A stretch of DNA of 64,000 nucleotides from Myxococcota bacterium (GCA_965223705.1 OZ245015.1:1728001-1792000); one strand, 5' to 3'; shown: positions 18,536 to 29,180, counted from the stretch's first letter. A program made the numbers and translations. The notes: generated from the sequence alone by a model not told the origin.

Positions 18536-20641
18536 TTAGGCGCGACGGACCGGGCGGAGCGGGAGCTCTCGCGCCGGTTGTCCGGTCAGCGCTTGAAGCG
18601 CGTTGCACACGGCTGGTGCGATCGGCGGCGTCGACGGCTCGCCAACCCCTCCGAGCGGCGCGTCGCTGTCGACGATGACCGTCTCGATCTCGGGCATCTC
18701 ACGCATACGCAACACGGGGTAGCGATCGAAGTTGCCTTCCACGGCACGCCCTCGCTCGATGGTGATCTGACCGTAGAGCGCGGCGGAAAGTCCGTACACG
18801 ATGCCGCTTTCCATTTGGGCTGCGATGATGCCGGGGTTGATGGCCAGGCCACAATCGACGGCGCACACGACGTTGTGGACACGCACGGAGCGGTCGGCTG
18901 CGAGGGACACTTCGACGACCTCGGCCACGACACTTCCGAAACACTCGTGAACCGCGACCCCGCGCGCCCGTCCTTCCGCGACGCGTTTCCCCCAGCCCGC
19001 TTTCTCGGCGGCCGCTTCGAGGACGCGGCGGTGCCTCGGGTGATGCGACAAGAAGCGGTGTCGTAGCTCGACCGGGTCCTTGCCACCGGCGCGCGCGAGC
19101 TCGTCGAGGAAGCACTCGGTGACGTACGCGTTCTGCGAGCTCCCTACGGAGCGCCAAAAGTGGGGAGGGACCGGAACATCGGCGGCGTTGTAACGCACTT
19201 CGAGGTTCTGGATCGCATAAGGCAAGTTGGCAGCGCCTTCGACGGAGGTGCCGTCGACGTCGCCCTGGAGCCAGCCTTTGCTCCCCAGAATGCTCGGGCA
19301 CGCCAAACGGTGTTGCCAGGCAAGGGGCCAGCCTTCGGCGTCGAGGGCGCCTCGGAAACGGTGCGCCGATACCGGTCGATAGGCCCCCGCTCGCATGTCG
19401 TCTTCGCGCGAGTAGACGACCTTGACGGCACTTCCCGCGGCCCTCGAGCAATGCACGGCGTCCGCGACGAAATCGTTGACCGATCGGCGCCCGAAGCCAC
19501 CGCCCATAAACGTGGTGTGCACCGCGATGCGCTCCAGGGGCAGGCCCGTGATGGCGGCTGCGGTGTCTTGGGCACCTGTCGGCGACTGGGTCGGCGCGAA
19601 GAGCTCGCAACGATCCTCGGTGACGTGAGCGGTGCAGTTCATCGGTTCCATCGTCGCGTGGGCGAGGAACGGTACGTGGTAGGTCGCTTCGATCGGTGAT
19701 TCGGCGCGGTGAAGCGCCGCTGCGGCATCGCCTTCGCTTCGCACCACGCGACCGCCGGTGAGCGCGGCCGTGCACCGTTCGCGGATCTTCGCACTATCGA
19801 GCGCGCCGTGAGGCCCCTCGTTCCACTCGAGTACGAGCGCTTCGACGCCTTGGCTCGCCGCCCAGTAGTGGTCGGCGATGACCGCGACACCGGTGGGGAT
19901 CTCTTTCACGGCTCGGACGCCGTCGATCGCCAGGGCGCGTTTCGCGTCGAGGCTCTCTAGCGCGCCTCCAAAGCTCGGCGGATGTGCCACCCGCGCGGTC
20001 TTGAGTCCGTCCATTTGGACGTCGATCCCGTAGACCGCTTCGCCCCGGACTTTGACTTCCGAATCGAGGCGGGGGAGTGTGCGGCCGATCAATCGAAAGG
20101 TTTTCGGATCTTTGAGTTGAGGGCGCTTGGGGACCGGCAGCTCGCTCGCCCGCTGGGCGACGGCGCCGAAGGACACGCGGCGGCCCTGCGAGTCGATCAC
20201 GTAGCCCGCTTCGGCACGACACTGGCTGGCGGAAACGCCCCACGAGTCGGCCGCTGCCGCGACGAGCATCTCGCGGGCGGCCGCACCCGCCCGACGAAGT
20301 TGGTCATAGCCCTTGCGAACACTCGTGCTTCCGCCGGTGCTCTGTCGGCCGTAGCGCGCGCGATCGGCGGGCGCGTGTATCGAGTGGACGTTTCGCCAGT
20401 CGGCCTCGAGCTCTTCGGCGAGGATCATCGGTAGAGCCGTCAGAACGCCTTGGCCCATTTCCGCTTCCGGTACCACCAGGGTCACGCGATCGTCGGTACC
20501 GATTCGGATCCAGGCGTTGATTTCCGGCGACTCGACCGACGCGCCGTGTGACCTCGAGGCCGTCAGGGGAAAACCGATCGCCAGGCCGGCGCCCGTTGCC
20601 ACCGAAACGCCGAGAAACGCCCGTCGGGATAGGCCTGTCAT
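18536..20641 (-). CDS. iorB: Isoquinoline 1-oxidoreductase beta-type molybdopterin subunit with Tat signal
   Basis: SRRAFL Tat motif, EMGQG, TGGSTS, HATMEP, GGGFGRR, WRSV and GGVGEP motifs. Confidence 0.92.
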   Translation of the reverse strand: MTGLSRRAFLGVSVATGAGLAIGFPLTASRSHGASVESPEINAWIRIGTDDRVTLVVPEAEMGQGVLTALPMILAEELEADWRNVHSIHAPADRARYGRQSTGGSTSVRKGYDQLRRAGAAAREMLVAAAADSWGVSASQCRAEAGYVIDSQGRRVSFGAVAQRASELPVPKRPQLKDPKTFRLIGRTLPRLDSEVKVRGEAVYGIDVQMDGLKTARVAHPPSFGGALESLDAKRALAIDGVRAVKEIPTGVAVIADHYWAASQGVEALVLEWNEGPHGALDSAKIRERCTAALTGGRVVRSEGDAAAALHRAESPIEATYHVPFLAHATMEPMNCTAHVTEDRCELFAPTQSPTGAQDTAAAITGLPLERIAVHTTFMGGGFGRRSVNDFVADAVHCSRAAGSAVKVVYSREDDMRAGAYRPVSAHRFRGALDAEGWPLAWQHRLACPSILGSKGWLQGDVDGTSVEGAANLPYAIQNLEVRYNAADVPVPPHFWRSVGSSQNAYVTECFLDELARAGGKDPVELRHRFLSHHPRHRRVLEAAAEKAGWGKRVAEGRARGVAVHECFGSVVAEVVEVSLAADRSVRVHNVVCAVDCGLAINPGIIAAQMESGIVYGLSAALYGQITIERGRAVEGNFDRYPVLRMREMPEIETVIVDSDAPLGGVGEPSTPPIAPAVCNALQALTGQPARELPLRPVRRA

Positions 20642-21102
20642 TCGGCGATCTCCTTGGCGGCGCGGTGTATGGCGCGGCGGATCCGGTTGTACGTGCCGCA
20701 TCGACACAAGTTGCCGGACATGGCTTCGTCGATGTCGCGATCGGTCGGCTGCTTGTTTCGCGCGAGGAGAGCGACCGCGGACATGATTTGCCCGGGTTGG
20801 CAATAACCGCATTGCGGGACGTCTTCGGCGATCCAGGCGCGCTGGACCGGATGCAGTTCGCCGGCGGAGAGGTCTTCGATGGTCCGGATCTCACGACCTT
20901 GCGCGGCCGCGACGGTCAGTTGGCAAGAGAAGGTCGGCATCCCGTCGAGGTGTACGGTGCACGCTCGGCATTGACCGACGCCACAACCGAACTTCGTTCC
21001 CGTGAGACCCAGGAGATCGCGCAAAGCCCAGAGGAGGGGCATGTTCTCGCTCGCCTCGACTTGCCGCTCCGAGCCGTTGATGCGGAGGGTGAAACGCGCC
21101 AT
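20638..21102 (-). CDS. iorA: Isoquinoline 1-oxidoreductase alpha-type 2x[2Fe-2S] subunit
   Basis: [24 protein letters not shown] and NLCRCGTY motifs. Confidence 0.95.
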   Translation of the reverse strand: MARFTLRINGSERQVEASENMPLLWALRDLLGLTGTKFGCGVGQCRACTVHLDGMPTFSCQLTVAAAQGREIRTIEDLSAGELHPVQRAWIAEDVPQCGYCQPGQIMSAVALLARNKQPTDRDIDEAMSGNLCRCGTYNRIRRAIHRAAKEIAE

Positions 21103-21152
21103 GGCTTTCCTTTCGATTTCCCCGAGAAGGGTACCGGCCCCGGAGCGCGCCG

Positions 21153-21476
21153 CTAACGCGAAACGGTCAAGAAGAAGACCCAGAGCGCGACTCCGAGGAT
21201 GAGCGCCCAGGAAAGGCGACCCCGGCGGGAAGAAGCTCGGAGCGGCGTCTCATCCATCGCAACTGCGTCCGATCGGTCCTCGATGAGAAGCGCCCGCGCC
21301 CGGTCCGCGTACTCATCAGCGACTTGTACTTTGACGCCTTCGACGGCGTTTGCGTAGAGCCAGTAGGCACCGACCACGTATTCGTCTGCGACGAACGCGG
21401 GGATGCCTTCGCTCTCGAGGAATGCCCGGGCGACGTGGGCGCTCGTCGGCTCGTCAAAGCGGGCAACCGTCTTCAC
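21153..21476 (-). CDS. DUF2007-like putative signal-transducing protein with C-terminal TM
   Basis: [20 protein letters not shown]...GVKVQV...ARALL; GAGGAGG RBS before the GTG. Confidence 0.8.
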   Translation of the reverse strand: MKTVARFDEPTSAHVARAFLESEGIPAFVADEYVVGAYWLYANAVEGVKVQVADEYADRARALLIEDRSDAVAMDETPLRASSRRGRLSWALILGVALWVFFLTVSR

Positions 21477-21516
21477 AGAACCTCCTCGTCGCGTTGCATA
21501 CGCGCCCCGAAGGGGT

Positions 21517-21708
21517 TCAGTTACGTCGACGTTTCTTCGCCCGGTTTCCGCTCTCGTGGGTGAGCTCGAGTGCTTTCTCGGCGACGGCCCGAGCTGCGGC
21601 TTCGGCACTTTCGAAGACTTCGTCGGCGAGCCGTTGCTTGGCCGTCTGCAGATCCCCCGCGCCGAAGGAGGTCTCGACCTTCGGTTTCAGCGCAAAGATG
21701 TGACCCAT
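21517..21708 (-). CDS. Small hypothetical protein (63 aa)
   Basis: MGHIFALKPKVETSFGAGDLQTAKQRLADEVF... fills the gap between glnII and the DUF2007-like gene, co-oriented with both. Confidence 0.5.
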   Translation of the reverse strand: MGHIFALKPKVETSFGAGDLQTAKQRLADEVFESAEAAARAVAEKALELTHESGNRAKKRRRN

Positions 21709-21852
21709 GTGCACGGACGCAGCGCGAAACGCCGGCGTGTCTTTTTCGCTCTCAGCCAATGGAACCTCCCGACTTCTTGCACAGACGCAAGAGGGCCGGA
21801 GCTCGGATGACCCGAACCCCGGCCCCAGCATACTCGGCGATGCCTGGCGGCC

Positions 21853-22863
21853 CTAGACGCCGGCCTCCTTCGTCGTCTTGACGATGGCAGCGGCGACCTT
21901 GTAGGGATCGGCGTTCGAAGCCGGCCGCCGATCTTCCAGACGGCCTTTCCAGCCGCCTTCGACGGTCGCGACGGGGATGCGGATCGAAGCGCCTCGGTCC
22001 GAGACCCCGTAACTGAACTGGTCGATCGACTGCGTTTCGTGGAGGCCCGTCAGACGTTGGTCGTTGTCGGACCCGTAGACCGCGATGTGCCGGTCGATGT
22101 TCTTCCCGAATTGCTCGCAGATTTTCGTGAAGGTGTCTTCCTTGCCCGACGTCCGCATGACTTCGTTCGAGAAGTTCGCGTGCATCCCTGAACCGTTCCA
22201 ATCGGTGGCGCCCAAGGGCTTCGGGTGCCATTCGATAGCGTAGCCGTGCGCTTCCGCGGTTCGCTCGAGCAAGTAGCGCGCGACCCAGGTTTCGTCACCG
22301 GCGCGTGCCGCGCCCTTCGCGAACACCTGGAACTCCCACTGGCCCGCCGCGACTTCCGCGTTGATGCCTTCGACGTTGAGGCCCGCTTCGAGACACAAGT
22401 CGAGGTGCTCTTCGATAACCGGACGACCGTACGCGTTGTCTGCGCCAACGGAGCAGTAGTAGGGACCCTGCGGGCGCGGGTAGCCGGCCCTCGGAAAGCC
22501 CGGTGGTAGGTTCGTCGCCGGATCCCACAGGAAGTATTCCTGCTCGAAGCCGAACCAGAAATCGTCGTCATCGTCTTCGATGGTCGCCCGGCCGTTCGAT
22601 TCGTGGGGTGTACCGTCCGCGTTCAGGACTTCGTTCATCACCAGGTATGAGTTCTTGCGCCCGGGATCCGGAAACACGGCCACCGGCTTCAGCAAACAGT
22701 CGGAGTCGCTGCCGTCCGCCTGCTCGGTGGAGCTTCCGTCGAAGGACCACATCGGGCAGTCTTCGAGCTTCCCGCTGAAGTCGGGTTCGACGCGGGTCTT
22801 ACTGCGCAGGGATTGGGTGGGCTTGTAACCGTCCAGCCAGATGTATTCCAGCTTGCTCTTCAT
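21853..22863 (-). CDS. glnII: Glutamine synthetase type II
   Basis: LEYIWLDG..LRSKT, WSFDGSST, GPYYC, INAEV..GQWEFQ, DWNGSGMHANFS, RLTGLHET and LEDRRPASNADPY; 336 aa; GGAGGA RBS. Confidence 0.95.
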   Translation of the reverse strand: MKSKLEYIWLDGYKPTQSLRSKTRVEPDFSGKLEDCPMWSFDGSSTEQADGSDSDCLLKPVAVFPDPGRKNSYLVMNEVLNADGTPHESNGRATIEDDDDDFWFGFEQEYFLWDPATNLPPGFPRAGYPRPQGPYYCSVGADNAYGRPVIEEHLDLCLEAGLNVEGINAEVAAGQWEFQVFAKGAARAGDETWVARYLLERTAEAHGYAIEWHPKPLGATDWNGSGMHANFSNEVMRTSGKEDTFTKICEQFGKNIDRHIAVYGSDNDQRLTGLHETQSIDQFSYGVSDRGASIRIPVATVEGGWKGRLEDRRPASNADPYKVAAAIVKTTKEAGV

Positions 22864-22911
22864 GGTGTGCTGTGCTCCTCCACGTGCATGAGTCGATTCC
22901 GTCGAGCCAGA

Positions 22912-22928
22912 TGCAAGAGTCGTTCCGG
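22912..22928 (-). promoter_or_regulatory. Sigma54 (-24/-12) promoter of glnII
   Basis: Minus strand CCGGAACGACTCTTGCA = GG-N10-GC with the TTGCA -12 element, about 50 nt upstream of the ATG. Confidence 0.75.
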
Positions 22929-22984
22929 CCCAAAGGGTGGCCTCGACGCGTGACCACACGTGAAATGCGGTGGGAAAGTGCCGA

Positions 22985-23023
22985 CGCCTGCTTATTGGGC
23001 ACCGCATGCTCGACAATCAGGCA
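22985..23023. promoter_or_regulatory. Tandem NtrC-like enhancer boxes
   Basis: CGC-N11-GCA (22985-23001) and TGC-N11-GCA (23007-23023), 22 bp apart, upstream of the sigma54 promoter. Confidence 0.6.
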
Positions 23024-23082
23024 CCGGCGCGCTTGGGCAGCGGCAGAATGATGCAACAGCGCCCGCATCGGGGTCAATCCGC

Positions 23083-24051
23083 TCAGCGGAGATCGCTTGC
23101 CCATGCCTGCAGACCGTGAACAAACTCCTCACTGCTCTGGATGCGCTCCTCGGGGTCCTTGGCCAACGCGCGGAGGGCGAGCTGCTCGAGCACTTCGGGG
23201 ACCTCGAAGTCCGTGAGTGTCGAAGGCGGGGGCGGCGGCGCTTCGAGAATCTGGTCCGTCATGCCCCGAACCGTCTCCGCCACGAATGGGGTGCGGCGGG
23301 CCAGGATCTCGTAGAGGACGACTCCCACGGTGTAGATGTCCGTGCGGTAGTCGATGGCGGGATCTCGGCGGATCTGTTCGGGGGACATGTACGCGGCCGT
23401 GCCCTGCAAATTGCCCTGGCCGGTGAGAGAGGTGGGCGCCGCTTCGTCGAGCGCCGGTTCCTCGGGCGGAAGATCGTCCGGGGTTCCATCCTCGTTCCAG
23501 ACCTTCGCCAGCCCCCAGTCCATCAGGACGACCTCGTTGAAGGGGCCGACCAAGACGTTTTCGGGCTTGATGTCGCGGTGAATCACCCGGTGGCTGTGGG
23601 TGTACTCGAGTGCGTAGAGAACCTCGAGGACGACGTCGACGAGCTGGGTCAGGTCGTAGCGCTCGCGGTACTCGGGTTCGAGAAGCTCTCGCAAGGTATA
23701 TCCGTGAACGAGCTTCATGGTGAAGTAGGGCTGTCCGCGGTTGTCACGACCGAGCTCGTAGACGGGCACGGTGTTCGGGTGCTGCAACATCGCGCTCACC
23801 CGGGCTTCTCGGACGAAGCGCCGCTGCTCGGTCGTGTCGTCGACGAACTCGGGCTTGAGCTTCTTGTAACAGACGATCCGACCCAGGAGCATGTCCTTAC
23901 ACGACTGAATGATGCATTTGCCGCCGCGGGCGATGGTCTTGAAGTAGGCGTAACGCGTGCTGGGATTGAGCTTCTCGGGAAGCGGACGATCCGTTTCTTC
24001 CAGGGTGACTCTGGCGTAGCGATCGTCCGGCTGCTCGGGGAAGCGCGTCAT
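23083..24051 (-). CDS. Hanks-type Ser/Thr protein kinase (catalytic domain only)
   Basis: ARGG, K..., HRDIKPEN, DWGLAK, GTAAYMSPEQ and TDIY motifs. Confidence 0.93.
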   Translation of the reverse strand: MTRFPEQPDDRYARVTLEETDRPLPEKLNPSTRYAYFKTIARGGKCIIQSCKDMLLGRIVCYKKLKPEFVDDTTEQRRFVREARVSAMLQHPNTVPVYELGRDNRGQPYFTMKLVHGYTLRELLEPEYRERYDLTQLVDVVLEVLYALEYTHSHRVIHRDIKPENVLVGPFNEVVLMDWGLAKVWNEDGTPDDLPPEEPALDEAAPTSLTGQGNLQGTAAYMSPEQIRRDPAIDYRTDIYTVGVVLYEILARRTPFVAETVRGMTDQILEAPPPPPSTLTDFEVPEVLEQLALRALAKDPEERIQSSEEFVHGLQAWASDLR

Positions 24052-24086
24052 ACGTGGAGAGTCTACTTTCAAACCCAGTGAGAATC

Positions 24087-25766
24087 ATGATTCGATTCGC
24101 AGCCCTTTGTTTGCTCGGAATGATCGCCCAGCCTTCGGGCGCTGTGGACGCGATCTATTCCGGCGGACGTTTTTTCACCGGGAACCCCGCGAAGGTCTGG
24201 GCCGAAGCCTTGGCGGTGTCCAAGGGCAAAATCGTCGCGGTCGGCGACGAAGCCTCGGTGATGGCGCTCGCAAAAGAAGGCACGCTGTTTCGCGACCTGG
24301 GCGGACGGATGGCCATGCCGGGTATCCACGACACGCACATGCACGCCGCCGTCGCGGGGCTGCAGAAACGCGTCGAGTGCGGTTTCCAGCCGACATCCCT
24401 CGAGCAAGTCACCACCGTTCTCGCGGGTTGTGTCGAAGATCTGTCGCCCGGCGCATGGCTGCGGGGCGGCGCGTGGAACGAGGGCTTGTTCCCGCCGGGC
24501 GCCGCTCCGAAGACTCTGCTCGACACCATCGCGCCGAATCACCCGGCCTTCCTGATGGACTGGTCCTATCACAACGCATGGCTGAACTCGGAAGCGCTCC
24601 GGCAACTGGGGATCTCGAAGGAAACGCCCGATCCGCCGGGCGGCGCGATCGTCCGCGACGCGGCGACCGGCGAGGCCACCGGCATTCTCCTCGACAACGC
24701 GGCGTATAACTACCTACGCAAACTCCCCGAGTACGATCTCGACGAGCGCACTCAGGCGCTCGCCTGGAGTCTCGAGCGCATCGCCGATTACGGCGTCACC
24801 ACGATGAAAGCCGCGCTGGTCACGCAATCCATCCTCGAGGCCTACGACGCACTCCGGCGGGAAGGAAAGCTTCCGGTGCGCGTCAAGGTGAGTCTGTCGT
24901 GGAAGAGCGCGTGGGCGAAGTCTCACGCGGCCGAACGCGACCTCATCGCCGATCGCCGCGCCTACGCACACGAGGGCGTCGACACGTCCTTCGCGAAGAT
25001 CATGGTCGACGGGATTCCACCGACGTACACGGCCGCACTACTCGAACCGTACGCGCCGAGCGAAGCTCACGGAAGCCATCACCGCGGAGAACTCATGCTC
25101 GATCCCGAGGAGCTCGCCGCCGATGTCATCCGTCTCGATGCCTCCGGACTGACGGTGAAGATGCACGCGACGGGCGATCGCTCCGCACGAGTTGCCCTCG
25201 ACGCCGTTGCGGCGGCGCGAAACGCGAACGGCGACAGCGGTCTCATCCACGAAGTCTCTCACGCAGGAATGATCCATCCCGACGACATTCCGCGTTTCAA
25301 GAAGCTCCGCGTCGCGGCCGAGATGTGTCCGATCCTGTGGTATCCGATCCCCGGTCTCACTTGGGCGAAGTGGCTCGGCGAAGAGCGCGCGAAGTTGTGG
25401 CCCGTGAGAACGCTTCTCGAGGCCGGCGTGCTCGTCATCTACGGCTCGGACTGGCCGGTGGTGCCCACGCCCAACCCGTGGCCGGGCATCGAGGCGATGG
25501 TGACGCGCCGCGATCCGGCGAGCTCCGACGGGCCGCAGGATTGGCCGGAGCAGGCGATCGACTTGGCATCGGCGCTGCGCATCTTCACGGCCAACGGCGC
25601 GATCGCGAACAAGGTCGGCGAAAGCTCGGGAATTCTCGCTCCGGGGCGCGACGCCGATTTCATCGTTCTCGACCGGCACCTCTTCAAGGTGCCGACGAGC
25701 GATATCGGTGATACGCGCGTGCTTCTTTCCGTGATCGGCGGCACAGTCGTCTTCGATCGACTCTGA
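24087..25766 (+). CDS. Secreted amidohydrolase 3 family protein
   Basis: Signal peptide; PGIHDTHMH, HNAWLNS, KMHATGD, HEVSH and GSDWP motifs. Confidence 0.9.
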   Translation: MIRFAALCLLGMIAQPSGAVDAIYSGGRFFTGNPAKVWAEALAVSKGKIVAVGDEASVMALAKEGTLFRDLGGRMAMPGIHDTHMHAAVAGLQKRVECGFQPTSLEQVTTVLAGCVEDLSPGAWLRGGAWNEGLFPPGAAPKTLLDTIAPNHPAFLMDWSYHNAWLNSEALRQLGISKETPDPPGGAIVRDAATGEATGILLDNAAYNYLRKLPEYDLDERTQALAWSLERIADYGVTTMKAALVTQSILEAYDALRREGKLPVRVKVSLSWKSAWAKSHAAERDLIADRRAYAHEGVDTSFAKIMVDGIPPTYTAALLEPYAPSEAHGSHHRGELMLDPEELAADVIRLDASGLTVKMHATGDRSARVALDAVAAARNANGDSGLIHEVSHAGMIHPDDIPRFKKLRVAAEMCPILWYPIPGLTWAKWLGEERAKLWPVRTLLEAGVLVIYGSDWPVVPTPNPWPGIEAMVTRRDPASSDGPQDWPEQAIDLASALRIFTANGAIANKVGESSGILAPGRDADFIVLDRHLFKVPTSDIGDTRVLLSVIGGTVVFDRL

Positions 25767-25805
25767 GGGCTCAAGGCCTCGGCCGAGGTCTCCGATTCGA
25801 AGGCG

Positions 25806-26147
25806 ATGGTCGGAAGGTGCACTCGATTCCTGCTCGCGGGATGGCTCGCGCTCGCGTCGGCTCCGGCGTCCGCGCAGCAGGGAAAGTCCTGCGATACCGC
25901 CCGTGCGCAAAGCGTTCAGCTTCTGATCCTGGCTTCGTCTCAAAAGGTCGACGCCTATGTCAAAACCCTGAAAGGCGTCGTCGTGGTTCGGCGCGATCCG
26001 ACCACGGCGGTCCTCGACGACGGTCGGGTGATCACCTCCGACGTATCGGCGACGACCGACCACCTGAACGCCCTCGGCTGGGCCAACTTGCCGATCCAGG
26101 TGGTGGCTTCATTTCGCACGGCGCCGCAACGTCGCGCCAAGGGCTGA
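25806..26147 (+). CDS. Hypothetical secreted protein
   Basis: Signal peptide ending ASA-QQ; 113 aa; co-oriented with its neighbours. Confidence 0.6.
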   Translation: MVGRCTRFLLAGWLALASAPASAQQGKSCDTARAQSVQLLILASSQKVDAYVKTLKGVVVVRRDPTTAVLDDGRVITSDVSATTDHLNALGWANLPIQVVASFRTAPQRRAKG

Positions 26148-26243
26148 GGCTAGCGACCGCGTCCGGTCGGACGCGCCGACCCGGTCGGTTGCCGCCGAGT
26201 CATCTCCTGCGCTGTAATGGGTCCTCCACAAAAGGAGGGAGCC

Positions 26244-26783
26244 ATGCCGAAGCTCGCGGATTCTGAGCGCGACGCGTTTCTCGCGGAGCCCGGAACCATC
26301 ATGAACATCGCGACCGTCGACGCCGACGGTGCGCCGCTCGTTACCCCCATCTGGTACATCCACGAGGAAGGCCGCATCTGGTTCACGCCGCGGCAGCATT
26401 CCGAGTGGTTGAAACACATTCGGAATGACGCGCGGGTCGCGCTGTCGATCGACGAAACGGCGATTCCGTACCGGAAGGTGGTCGTGCGCGGTCGGGCGAC
26501 GGTCGACCACGAAGTCGGCAACGACGACGCTTGGCGCGACCGCTATCGCCGTATCGCCGAGCGCTATATCCCGAAAGACGACGCCAACGCCTACGTCGAC
26601 GGCACCGACGATCAACCGCGCGCCCTGTGCTCGGTCACGTTGTCGGACGCGGAAGTGCGAACTTGGCGAATGCCCGTCGACGACGAGCCCTACAACGGCA
26701 TCTGGGCCAAGCGCTACTGGACGGACAACGCGAAAGTGAATCAGCAAGCGCCGACGCTCTTCGACGAGAGCGTCAAGAAATAG
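26244..26783 (+). CDS. PPOX-class (pyridoxamine oxidase-like) flavin/F420-binding protein
   Basis: IATVDADGAPLVTPIWY and HIRNDARVALSID motifs; AGGAGG RBS. Confidence 0.88.
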   Translation: MPKLADSERDAFLAEPGTIMNIATVDADGAPLVTPIWYIHEEGRIWFTPRQHSEWLKHIRNDARVALSIDETAIPYRKVVVRGRATVDHEVGNDDAWRDRYRRIAERYIPKDDANAYVDGTDDQPRALCSVTLSDAEVRTWRMPVDDEPYNGIWAKRYWTDNAKVNQQAPTLFDESVKK

Positions 26784-27677
26784 GTGTCGACGACGTACAC
26801 CCTGATCCACTTCACCGAGGGTTTCGACGCCGCAGGCGTTGTCGGCTTCGCGCAACGCGTCGAGTCGTTGGGTTACGAAGGGCTGTGGATTCCGGAGCTT
26901 TCGGGGCGCGAGCCGATGGGCCTCGCGGGTTACTTGTTGGCGCGCACCACAGGCCTCAAGATCGGGATCGGAATCGCGAACGTGTACGTGCGCGATTTCG
27001 TCGCGGCGGCGCAAGCGCGGCAAACGCTCGCCGAGTTGTCCGGCGGCCGGTTTTGGCTCGGGCTCGGCGTATCCCACCCCTTGTTGGTCGAACCCCGGGG
27101 CCACACGTTCCGCCCGCCGACGAAGGCACTCGGCGATTACTTGCGCGGGATCCACGCGACGAAACCCGATGGGCCCGCTCCGAGTGAGCCGGCGCCGATC
27201 ATCTGCGCGGCGCACGGCCCCAGGCTCCTGGAAATCGCCCGCGACCTCGCCGACGGTGCCCTGTGCCTGAATCAACCGGCGGAGCACACGGCGCGGGCTC
27301 GGGAGATCCTCGGACCGGGGAAGCGCCTGGCCGTCGTCGTGCGGACCTGCATGGTCTCGGACGCGAGCCACGCCCGCGCCCTGGCGCGCCACGCGCTCAA
27401 TTTCTACGTCACGCTCCCCGCGTATCACCGAACCTGGAAGCAGGCCGGCTTCTCGGAGGCGGATTTCAGCGACGGGGGTAGCGATCGGCTCGTGGACGCG
27501 ATCTTCGCCTGGGGTGATGAATCCGCGATTCGGAAGCGAATTCAGGCCCATATCGACGCAGGGGCTGACGAGATCTGTCTCTACCCCGTGAATCCCCACG
27601 AGGAGCTGTCACCGGGCCAGGTGGGGGGATTAGAGCCCGACTGGGGGGTCTTGGAGGCCCTCTCACCAAAAAGCTAG
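26784..27677 (+). CDS. LLM-class, probably F420-dependent oxidoreductase
   Basis: GIANVYVRD, GRFWLGLGVSH, AAHGPRLL, SDRLVDAIFAWGD and HIDAGAD motifs. Confidence 0.88.
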   Translation: MSTTYTLIHFTEGFDAAGVVGFAQRVESLGYEGLWIPELSGREPMGLAGYLLARTTGLKIGIGIANVYVRDFVAAAQARQTLAELSGGRFWLGLGVSHPLLVEPRGHTFRPPTKALGDYLRGIHATKPDGPAPSEPAPIICAAHGPRLLEIARDLADGALCLNQPAEHTARAREILGPGKRLAVVVRTCMVSDASHARALARHALNFYVTLPAYHRTWKQAGFSEADFSDGGSDRLVDAIFAWGDESAIRKRIQAHIDAGADEICLYPVNPHEELSPGQVGGLEPDWGVLEALSPKS

Positions 27678-27728
27678 GCCGTGATCTGAAGTCCGCTCCG
27701 TTCCGACTCTCTCGTAGAAAGCGAGGGA

Positions 27729-27911
27729 GTGATGATCGGACAACCCGCACGAAGCCAGGAAACCCGCAGCACGCTTCTCGAACTCGTCGGCCGTTTGTTG
27801 GATCAGGGGGCCAGCGAAGAGGACGTCGTCGCACGGGCTCGCGAACTCATTCTGAGCGGGCAGCACGTGCTCACGGGGAATTTCCGCGGCGCGGTCGAGA
27901 GCTTTCGCTAG
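27729..27911 (+). CDS. Small hypothetical protein (~60 aa)
   Basis: GAGGGAG RBS; helical amphipathic sequence ending LTGNFRG; stop abuts the convergent VOC gene. Confidence 0.6.
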   Translation: MMIGQPARSQETRSTLLELVGRLLDQGASEEDVVARARELILSGQHVLTGNFRGAVESFR

Positions 27912-28411
27912 AAGTCGCCCCGCTTGATCGCATCGAACAACTTGCGCACGTCGTCGTTGCACTCGATGAGTTCCATGATCGCGCCGCACGCTGCTTCCGT
28001 GTCGTAGTACGCAAAGCGCGTGCTCGCTCCGAACGTGCCGGACTGGGCCACCTCGTAGCCGTTCGCGGCGTACGTCGCGGCCGCGCCATCGAAATCGTCG
28101 ACCAGAAAACCCAGATGATGGAGACCGGGCCCGCGGGCTTCGAGAAATTCCTGGTAGAGCGACGACCCGCTCAAGGGTTGTATGACTTCGAACTGTGTAT
28201 CGCCGGCGTAGGCCAGAGATAGATCGATCCGAAAATCCGCGGGTTGGCCCCGATAGGTCAAATCGTCGAAGCGGATGTCTTCGAATACGCGGAAACGGCC
28301 GGTGCCCATGTGATCGTGCAAGAAGCGCTGGGTGGATTCGAGATCATTCGTCACGAAGCAGATCTGATGGATTGTTTCGCCGATTCCAGCGATCGGGGTG
28401 GGGGTGGGCAT
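27908..28411 (-). CDS. VOC/glyoxalase family protein (methylmalonyl-CoA epimerase-like)
   Basis: HQICFV, FEVIQP, GPGLHHLGF, FAYYDT and MELIE motifs. Confidence 0.9.
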   Translation of the reverse strand: MPTPTPIAGIGETIHQICFVTNDLESTQRFLHDHMGTGRFRVFEDIRFDDLTYRGQPADFRIDLSLAYAGDTQFEVIQPLSGSSLYQEFLEARGPGLHHLGFLVDDFDGAAATYAANGYEVAQSGTFGASTRFAYYDTEAACGAIMELIECNDDVRKLFDAIKRGDF

Positions 28412-28415
28412 TGTC

Positions 28416-29180
28416 TCAGCGTCCTTTCCATTCGGGTTCGCGTTTCTCGGCGAAGGCACGGGCACCTTCGCGGGCGTCCTCCGTGTCTTGTAGCTCGAGG
28501 TAGAGCTTGCGCTCGAGACGAAGCGCGTCGGGCAACGGTCGATCCAGGCCTTCGGTCACCGCCCGCTTGATCGACTGGACCGCCAGGGGAGCGCTCTTCT
28601 CGATCTCACCCGCAATGGCCAGCGCCCGCTCGAGGTGTCCGTTCTTCGGTACGAGGTGGTCGATGAGACCCAATCGAAGCGCTTCTTCCGCACCGATACG
28701 AGAGCCCGTGATCAGCATTTCGAGCGCGCGACCGCGCGGGATGAGTCGCGGTAGGCGTTGGGTGCCCCCCGCGCCCGGAAGCCAACCGAGTCGGACTTCT
28801 CCGAGACCGAACTGCGAGTGCTCCGCCGCGACGCGGATGTCGCATGCCAGGGCTTGCTCGAGGCCGCCGCCGTTCGCGTGTCCGTTGATCGCGGCGATCA
28901 GGGGCTTTTCGAGCTCGTGCATGAGGGGGAACAATTCGCTCTGCGGTTCGGGCTCGTCCTCCCGTTGCACGTAGTTGGACTTGATGTCACTTCCGGCGCT
29001 GAACGCGCGGTCCCCGATCCCGGTGAGGATGCCGACGCGCAACGTCGGATCGTCGCGAAACTCCCGCCAGATGGCTGTCAGCCGTTCGTACGTCTCGAAA
29101 TCGCAAGCATTGAGCCGTTCCGGCCGGTTGATGGTGACGATGGCGATGCCGCCGCGACGCTCGAAAAGGACCTTGTCCAT
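28416..29180 (-). CDS. Enoyl-CoA hydratase/isomerase family protein
   Basis: INRPERLNA, AFSAGSDI, GGGLEQALACD and GAGGTQRLPR motifs. Confidence 0.93.
   Translation of the reverse strand: MDKVLFERRGGIAIVTINRPERLNACDFETYERLTAIWREFRDDPTLRVGILTGIGDRAFSAGSDIKSNYVQREDEPEPQSELFPLMHELEKPLIAAINGHANGGGLEQALACDIRVAAEHSQFGLGEVRLGWLPGAGGTQRLPRLIPRGRALEMLITGSRIGAEEALRLGLIDHLVPKNGHLERALAIAGEIEKSAPLAVQSIKRAVTEGLDRPLPDALRLERKLYLELQDTEDAREGARAFAEKREPEWKGR

Noticed and set aside
26158..26188. Two short GC hairpins (CGCGTCCG-GT-CGGACGCG; CCGAC-CCG-GTCGG) as a terminator or ncRNA
   Set aside because: No U-tract, very small loops, and such palindromes are frequent by chance at this GC content.
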